Shown: positions 58,947 through 64,000 of the stretch, in pieces
Layout of the letters: each line of letters begins with the position of its first letter
Numbering within the stretch: position 1 is the first letter of the stretch
Assembly (NCBI GenBank): GCA_040218735.1
Contig: JAVJQW010000017.1
Location: 192,001-256,000 of the forward strand
DNA from: Deltaproteobacteria bacterium
GTDB lineage: Bacteria > Myxococcota > Kuafuiibacteriia > Kuafuiibacteriales > Kuafuiibacteriaceae
DNA length: 64,000 nucleotides
Direction of reading: 5' to 3'
Position numbers and translations under genes: made by a program
The notes under the pieces: generated by a model
What the model saw: the letters and a program-made list of their open reading frames with translations, nothing else
The model's database searches: none
Told to the model about the DNA's origin: nothing

Positions 58947-60350
58947 ATGCGTTCTCTTCGTCTCGTCCTCGCGCCCCTGCTCTGCGCCTTCGCCGTCCCG
59001 GCGCAGGCGGCGCCAGTGATCGCGTTCGGCGATAGCTGGGGCAATCAGAGCTGGCCCGACCTGCAGGCGGCGCTCTCGGCCGCGGGGTACCCGACGCTCT
59101 CCGTCGCGAACCACTCGATCGACGGCACGACGGCGCTCGAGTACGCGACGACGCAGTCCGGGATGATCACGAGCGCGCTGCAGCTCAACCCGGACGCGGA
59201 GTGGATCTATCTGTCGATCGGCGGCAACGACCTCTTCAACCACTACATGGCCGGCAACCCCGGGACGTCGGTCGCGGCGAACGACGCCAACATTCGGACG
59301 ATGCTCGACCAGATCTTCGCCGAGCGCCCGGACATCCGCGTGGTGCAGTTCGGCTACGACCGAACGAACTTCGTGCAGAGCGCGGCGTGCATGACGCAGG
59401 CGGAGCAGTTCTTCGGCGCCGGGATCACGCAGGCGCAGATCAACCAGATCAACGAGACCGAGCTCGGCACCGTGTTCAGCGCGATGGAGGCGAGCTACCC
59501 GAACTACACGTACATCCCGCTGTGGGGGACGCTCCAGGCCGCGGCCGGGGCGCCGGTCACGCAGAACGACCCGAGCCCCGTGCAGTACATGGTCGACTGC
59601 TTCCACCTCAACTCGAACGGGTACCGCATCGTGCACGACGAGCTCGTCGCGAACTACTGGGACTCGTTCACGCCGCCCACCGCGGTGTTCGGCGACGACG
59701 GCACGGACCGGTGCGTGGGCAACACGATCACGTTCACGAGCCAGAGCACCGGCAACACCCGCGTGCGGTGGTTCGTCGACGGCGTCGACAGCGGCACGAA
59801 CAACACCCTCGCGGTGAACATGACGACGGCGGGCAACGTCGACGTCTCGCTGAGCGCGTTCAACGAGGTGTGGTCCGACACCGTGTCGCAGACGATCGTC
59901 GTCGACCCGTGCCGTGACGCCGGCTTCCCGCGCGACGCCGGAACGCCGGACGCCGGCTTCCGCGACGGCGGCGTCCCGGACGGCGGCTTCGTCGACGCGG
60001 GCTTCCGCGACGGCGGCGACCGCGACGGCGGTGACGTCATGCGCGACGGCGGCGACCGCGACGGCGGCGACCGCGACGGCGGCGGGGCCCCGCGTGACGG
60101 CGGCGCGGTGGTGCGCGACGGCGGCACCGTGTCCCCCGGCCGCGACGCCGGTTTCACCGGGCCGGGTCGCGACGGCGGATCGACCACGACGCCGAGCATC
60201 GGCGGCGACTCCTGGGAGCTCGGCGGCGGCTGTTCGTCGTCGGGGGGCGACGCGACGCTCTGGAGCCTGTTGGTCTTGCTCGGTCTCGGGCTCAGCCGCG
60301 CATCCGCGCTTCGATCTGCTCGGGCGTCAGCACCTCGACGATCGAAGTGA
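58947..60350 (+). CDS. SGNH/GDSL hydrolase + PKD-like domain + RDGG repeats + MYXO-CTERM-like tail
   Basis: FGDSW, SIGGND, DCFHLN; GGGCSSS...hydrophobic...Arg-rich C-terminus. Confidence 0.85.
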   Translation: MRSLRLVLAPLLCAFAVPAQAAPVIAFGDSWGNQSWPDLQAALSAAGYPTLSVANHSIDGTTALEYATTQSGMITSALQLNPDAEWIYLSIGGNDLFNHYMAGNPGTSVAANDANIRTMLDQIFAERPDIRVVQFGYDRTNFVQSAACMTQAEQFFGAGITQAQINQINETELGTVFSAMEASYPNYTYIPLWGTLQAAAGAPVTQNDPSPVQYMVDCFHLNSNGYRIVHDELVANYWDSFTPPTAVFGDDGTDRCVGNTITFTSQSTGNTRVRWFVDGVDSGTNNTLAVNMTTAGNVDVSLSAFNEVWSDTVSQTIVVDPCRDAGFPRDAGTPDAGFRDGGVPDGGFVDAGFRDGGDRDGGDVMRDGGDRDGGDRDGGGAPRDGGAVVRDGGTVSPGRDAGFTGPGRDGGSTTTPSIGGDSWELGGGCSSSGGDATLWSLLVLLGLGLSRASALRSARASAPRRSK

Positions 60351-60717
60351 GGATCCACAGGTGCCCGAAGGGGTCGCGGAAGCGGCCTTCGCGGTGCCCG
60401 TAGAACTGATCCGCGAGCGCGATGACCACCTCGCCACCCGCGGCGAGGAACCGTTCGACGAGCGCGTCGACATCATCCACGACGACGTTCAAAAGCACGG
60501 GCGAGCCACCGAGCGTCGGGGGCGCGGCGTTGCCCCAGACCTCGCGTTCCTGAGTGAGCGAGACGACCGCGTCGCCGATCCGAAACGCGGCGTGGACGAC
60601 GTGGCCGTCGGGCTCCGCGTAGCGCTCGAGGACTTCGGCGCCGAAGGCCTTTCCGTAGAAGGCGAGCGCGGCGTCCGCGTCCTGGACGACGAGGCGTGGG
60701 GTGAGTGCGACGTTCAT
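60292..60717 (-). CDS. VOC/glyoxalase (PhnB-like) protein
   Basis: LTPRLVV.DA.AA..FY..AFGA, DQFYG.REG...DPFGH.W. Start ATG 60717. Confidence 0.92.
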   Translation of the reverse strand: MNVALTPRLVVQDADAALAFYGKAFGAEVLERYAEPDGHVVHAAFRIGDAVVSLTQEREVWGNAAPPTLGGSPVLLNVVVDDVDALVERFLAAGGEVVIALADQFYGHREGRFRDPFGHLWILTSIVEVLTPEQIEARMRG

Positions 60718-60764
60718 GTGCTCAGCCTGCCCGCACCCGGCCGCGCGCGTCTTGTAGAAAACGT

Positions 60765-61511
60765 TCAGCGCACGTGGTTCGGCGCGTGTTCGTCGCGCGG
60801 TCGGTAGGCGGTCGGCGATCGCTCCGCGAAGCGGCGGAACTCGTGGCACAGGTGCGCCTGGTCGGCGAAGCCACACGCCAACGCGACCTCGGCGAGGTCT
60901 TCGTTCGCCGCCACACGCTCCACCGCGCGTGAGAAGCGGCCGAGGCGCGCGTAGCGCTTGGGGGTGAGGCCGACGTGGCGATCGAAGGCCCGCACGACGG
61001 ACGAGCGACTGCGTCCGGTCGCATCGATCGTCGCCCTGACGGTCGCGCCGGCGTCGAGCTGCGCGGTCGCAAACCGAACGAGACGCGAGGGCGGAGTTTC
61101 GGCGTGCTTCGCGAGGGCGGCGTCGAAGGTCTCCAGCGCGGACGTCGGCGAATCGGACCCGACGAGCGCGGCCCACAGCGCTTCGGCGTCGTCCCACAGC
61201 TCGGCCAGCGGGACGTCGTGCTCCGTCAGCGCGCGCGCCGACACGCCGAGCAGCTCCGCGGCGGCGCCCGGCAGCAGGACGGCGCCGGCGATGCGACGCA
61301 TCGGCGCGGTCGCGATCGTCGCCGGCCGAGTGCGTGGTCCGGCCACCACGGGCGCGAGCAGCGCGTCGGTCTCCGCGCTGAGCCCCACGAGGATCTGCAC
61401 CCGCGAAGACGGGAGCACGGTCTCCGTCGTGTGCGCCACGTGCGTCGCGTCGAACCACAGGAAGTCGACGAACGGCGCGAGCCGCGGTGAAGGCTTCACC
61501 GTGAGGAACAC
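60765..61511 (-). CDS. AraC-family regulator (DUF6597-type)
   Basis: PS..LAPFV..LW, VGLTPK.YAR..RF, GFADQAHL..EFRRF. Confidence 0.9.
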   Translation of the reverse strand: MFLTVKPSPRLAPFVDFLWFDATHVAHTTETVLPSSRVQILVGLSAETDALLAPVVAGPRTRPATIATAPMRRIAGAVLLPGAAAELLGVSARALTEHDVPLAELWDDAEALWAALVGSDSPTSALETFDAALAKHAETPPSRLVRFATAQLDAGATVRATIDATGRSRSSVVRAFDRHVGLTPKRYARLGRFSRAVERVAANEDLAEVALACGFADQAHLCHEFRRFAERSPTAYRPRDEHAPNHVR

Positions 61512-61550
61512 GGTTTCATCTTAGCGGAATCAGCGCGCGCATGAGGCCCG

Positions 61551-62324
61551 TTGTTGCGCGTCGTGCGTTCCGTCCTGCCCGTCGCGCTCCTCGCGTGTGC
61601 CTCCGTGCCTCCGCCCGAGACACCGGACGCGCTCCGCATCATGGGTTACAACGTGCTCTACGACGCGCCTTCGCCCGAGGCCTCGGTCGCGCTGATCGCG
61701 CGAGAAAATCCGGACATCGTCTGCCTTCGAGAGCTCCGTCCGCCGATGCTGAAGGTGTTCCGCGCCGAGCTCGGCGACCGTTACCCGCACGCGTTCGTTC
61801 GCGCGCGACGCTCCGGCACCTGGGGCGCGGCGATCTTTTCGAAACATCCACTGCGCGCGCGGCGCGTCTTCCCCGCGAAGCCGCATCGGCTCCCGGTGCT
61901 CGAGGCGACCGTGCGCGCGCCGAACGTCGGCGACGTGGTCGTCGCGTGTGTTCACCTCGTGCCGCCGTTCATGGCGCATGGTGCGTCGTCCGGTCCGATC
62001 GAAACACTCCAGCGCAACGACGCGCTGCGCACCCGGCAGGCGAAGCAGTTCGTGAAGCGCTACCGCGGTCGGTCACCGTTGGTCCTCGTCGGTGACTTCA
62101 ACGAGGAGGACGACGACGCGATGGAGACGCTCTACGCCGCCGGCTTCACCAACGCGTGTGACGACGCCGACTGCGCCGCGACCTGGCCCGGCGCCACTTC
62201 GTCGTGGCCCGCGGTCGTGCGCATCGATCACGTGCTCACGCGCGGGCTTCGTGTCGTCGCGGCGCACGTGCCCTCCGGTGGTGGCTCGGACCACCAACCG
62301 ATCGTGGCGGCCGTCGCACGTTAG
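61551..62324 (+). CDS. Endonuclease/exonuclease/phosphatase family lipoprotein
   Basis: YNV, PDIVCLRE, HL, GDFN, RIDHV, SDH.P. Confidence 0.88.
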   Translation: MLRVVRSVLPVALLACASVPPPETPDALRIMGYNVLYDAPSPEASVALIARENPDIVCLRELRPPMLKVFRAELGDRYPHAFVRARRSGTWGAAIFSKHPLRARRVFPAKPHRLPVLEATVRAPNVGDVVVACVHLVPPFMAHGASSGPIETLQRNDALRTRQAKQFVKRYRGRSPLVLVGDFNEEDDDAMETLYAAGFTNACDDADCAATWPGATSSWPAVVRIDHVLTRGLRVVAAHVPSGGGSDHQPIVAAVAR

Positions 62325-62943
62325 AACCGCCCCATGACCGCCAAGCCCGAGCCGGCTTCGTCGGAAGAGAACGGCGCGACGGTGATGTCGCTGCGTGACA
62401 GATACGTCTCGTCGTTGTTCAGTCCGTAGATCGCGCTCACGAGACCGGCCGCTTGAACGAGGCCGTCGATGACGAGGATGAACGTGAAGCTGTCCGGTTC
62501 GCCTTGCTCGGGGCTGAGGGCCGCCTGACGAACGGTCCGAGCACGGGGAGATAGAGCCAACGGTGGGTGGTCTCGCGCGTGCCGCCGGCGTCGATCAACG
62601 ACGCGACGATGCCGCCCGCGAGGTAGAGCGCCGCGCTCGTGCCGAGGCCGGCTTCGATCAGCGTAGAACGTGACCGCGTCGCAACGTGGTAGCCGGCGGG
62701 GACCGAAACACCCTCTTCGTACGGGAGCTCGCGTGGGCCCTGCACCGGGGCCGCCGCCACCGGCGCGGGCGGCTCCTTCGGGCACTCACACTTCGAGAAC
62801 CGACGACCGTCGTCCTCACAGATCTGGATTCCGCGCTTGCCTCCGAGGCAAGCACACTCGGTTTGGGCCCCCGGAACGCAGAGGTTCGCGGGCAGCGTTG
62901 GGTTCTGGGTCGCAAGGAGGAGCAGCAGGTTCGTCAGTGCCAT
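62321..62943 (-). pseudogene. Frameshifted exported/membrane protein gene (or sequencing error)
   Basis: Frame 1 MALTNLL...WLYLPVLGPFV continues naturally as QAALSPE...IDGLVQAAG...AVMGRF in another frame; restoring one C in GTC(C)AG near 62527 gives a single ORF. Confidence 0.75.
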
Positions 62944-63038
62944 GCGAGACAAACCGACCCCGACGTCTTTTTAGTCTCGGCATTCCGGTGTGGCCGCCGA
63001 CACGTCATCGACCTCGACCGAGGTTCACTGATCTCCGG

Positions 63039-63968
63039 CTACAGCCCGATCCAGCTCGAGCCCGCCAGCACCCACAGCGACACCCGCGAGACGCCCGGCG
63101 CGCGTTCGATGAACGGCGCGTAGCCGCCGATCGCGGTGACGAAGAAGTCTTCGAAGGTGGCGTGGGTCTGCAGACCGAAGCCAACCGCGTTCGTCCCGTC
63201 GAACCGCGCGGCGTCGACGAAGGGCGTGAGCTCGACGGGGCCCAGGTTCGCCGCGATCCCCGCGCGCCCCGCGACGTAGTCCTCGACCCACCACTCCGCC
63301 CACGCGGCGCCCGCGAGCGGTATGACGTACGGGTTGAGGCCGCCGAGCCGCGTCGTGGTGAGGAAGTCGAGGTTCTCGCCGACGCCGAACCACGCCGACA
63401 CGCGGGGCGCGACCCCCCACCGCGGCGCCCAGGTGAAGGTGCCCTCGACGTTCACGCCGACGCGTTCACCGCCGAGGTACGCGCGCGTCCCGAGCTCGGC
63501 GCGCAAGGGCTCGGACCAGTACCCGGCGAACGCGCCGGGTTCGAGGCGCGCGGTGGGATCGGGCGTCGCGATCCGTGTTTCGTCGGAGCGCGCGAAGAAT
63601 AGGTAGCCACGCGCGCGAGCGCGCAGGCCGGAGTAGAAGCCGTGGCCGAGGTTTTCGACCCAGCCGCCGTTCACCTCCCCCATCATCGCGACGAGCGCGC
63701 GGCTCGGATCCTTGGCGCCGTTCGACCACGGCGAGATCAACATCTGCGCGGCGAAACCTTGGAGCCGCAGCGTCACCCACGCGCGGCCGGTCGCGTGCGT
63801 CGGCGCGTACGACAGCTCGACCGTGTCGGTTCGGAGCTGAAGGCTGTAGGGCCCCGAGCGGAGCCCCGCGTCGAGGACGCCGTGGGGATCCGCGTCGATC
63901 TGCCCGCCCAGCGCCGCGAACGCCTCGGGCGTGCCCGCGAGGCACAGGAGCAGGAGCGCGCCCGTCAT
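63039..63968 (-). CDS. Hypothetical exported protein (beta-strand rich, possibly outer membrane)
   Basis: Signal-like N-terminus, alternating aromatic strands, GC3 bias. Confidence 0.7.
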   Translation of the reverse strand: MTGALLLLCLAGTPEAFAALGGQIDADPHGVLDAGLRSGPYSLQLRTDTVELSYAPTHATGRAWVTLRLQGFAAQMLISPWSNGAKDPSRALVAMMGEVNGGWVENLGHGFYSGLRARARGYLFFARSDETRIATPDPTARLEPGAFAGYWSEPLRAELGTRAYLGGERVGVNVEGTFTWAPRWGVAPRVSAWFGVGENLDFLTTTRLGGLNPYVIPLAGAAWAEWWVEDYVAGRAGIAANLGPVELTPFVDAARFDGTNAVGFGLQTHATFEDFFVTAIGGYAPFIERAPGVSRVSLWVLAGSSWIGL

Positions 63969-64000
63969 CGCCGTCCGTCGATGATGCGCTCCGGGCGCCA
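63965..64000 (-). CDS. 3' end of an upstream gene (partial)
   Basis: ...WRPERIIDGRR* with ATGA overlap onto the next gene. Confidence 0.5.
   Translation of the reverse strand, partial: WRPERIIDGRR

Overview
High-GC (roughly 70% by eye) bacterial chromosomal segment whose gene repertoire points to a Myxococcota/deltaproteobacterial lineage: Hanks-type Ser/Thr kinase, PEGA, DUF4388-TPR, MYXO-CTERM-like tail, ECF/anti-sigma pair and DAG/RDGG-repeat lipoproteins. Core genes include otsA (partial), a GH15 hydrolase, thiolase/hbd, an aldehyde dehydrogenase with DUF779 and an AcoR-like activator, pyrB/pyrC-like, sucCD, an SpmA/B fusion and an M3 peptidase. No rRNA, tRNA, CRISPR array or transposase was recognised. 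The most unusual observations are: (1) four genes whose start codon lies exactly 14 nt after a sigma54-like -24/-12 element (apparently leaderless), two of them sharing a near-identical double TTGC-N7/8-GCAA upstream cassette, and three of them encoding enzyme/effector-like proteins without signal peptides; (2) a circularly permuted pyroglutamyl peptidase I-like protein; (3) a ~790-bp non-coding element with ~235-bp terminal inverted repeats, TA flanks and a branched internal fold, stacked on an 83-bp CTAG-bounded hairpin; (4) two exact 81-bp palindromic units inserted in frame into the HTH region of an AraC regulator; (5) a DUF4781-like/zinc-metalloprotease candidate polymorphic toxin with a translationally coupled 76-aa candidate immunity gene. 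All family assignments come from motifs read by eye; no database searches were run.
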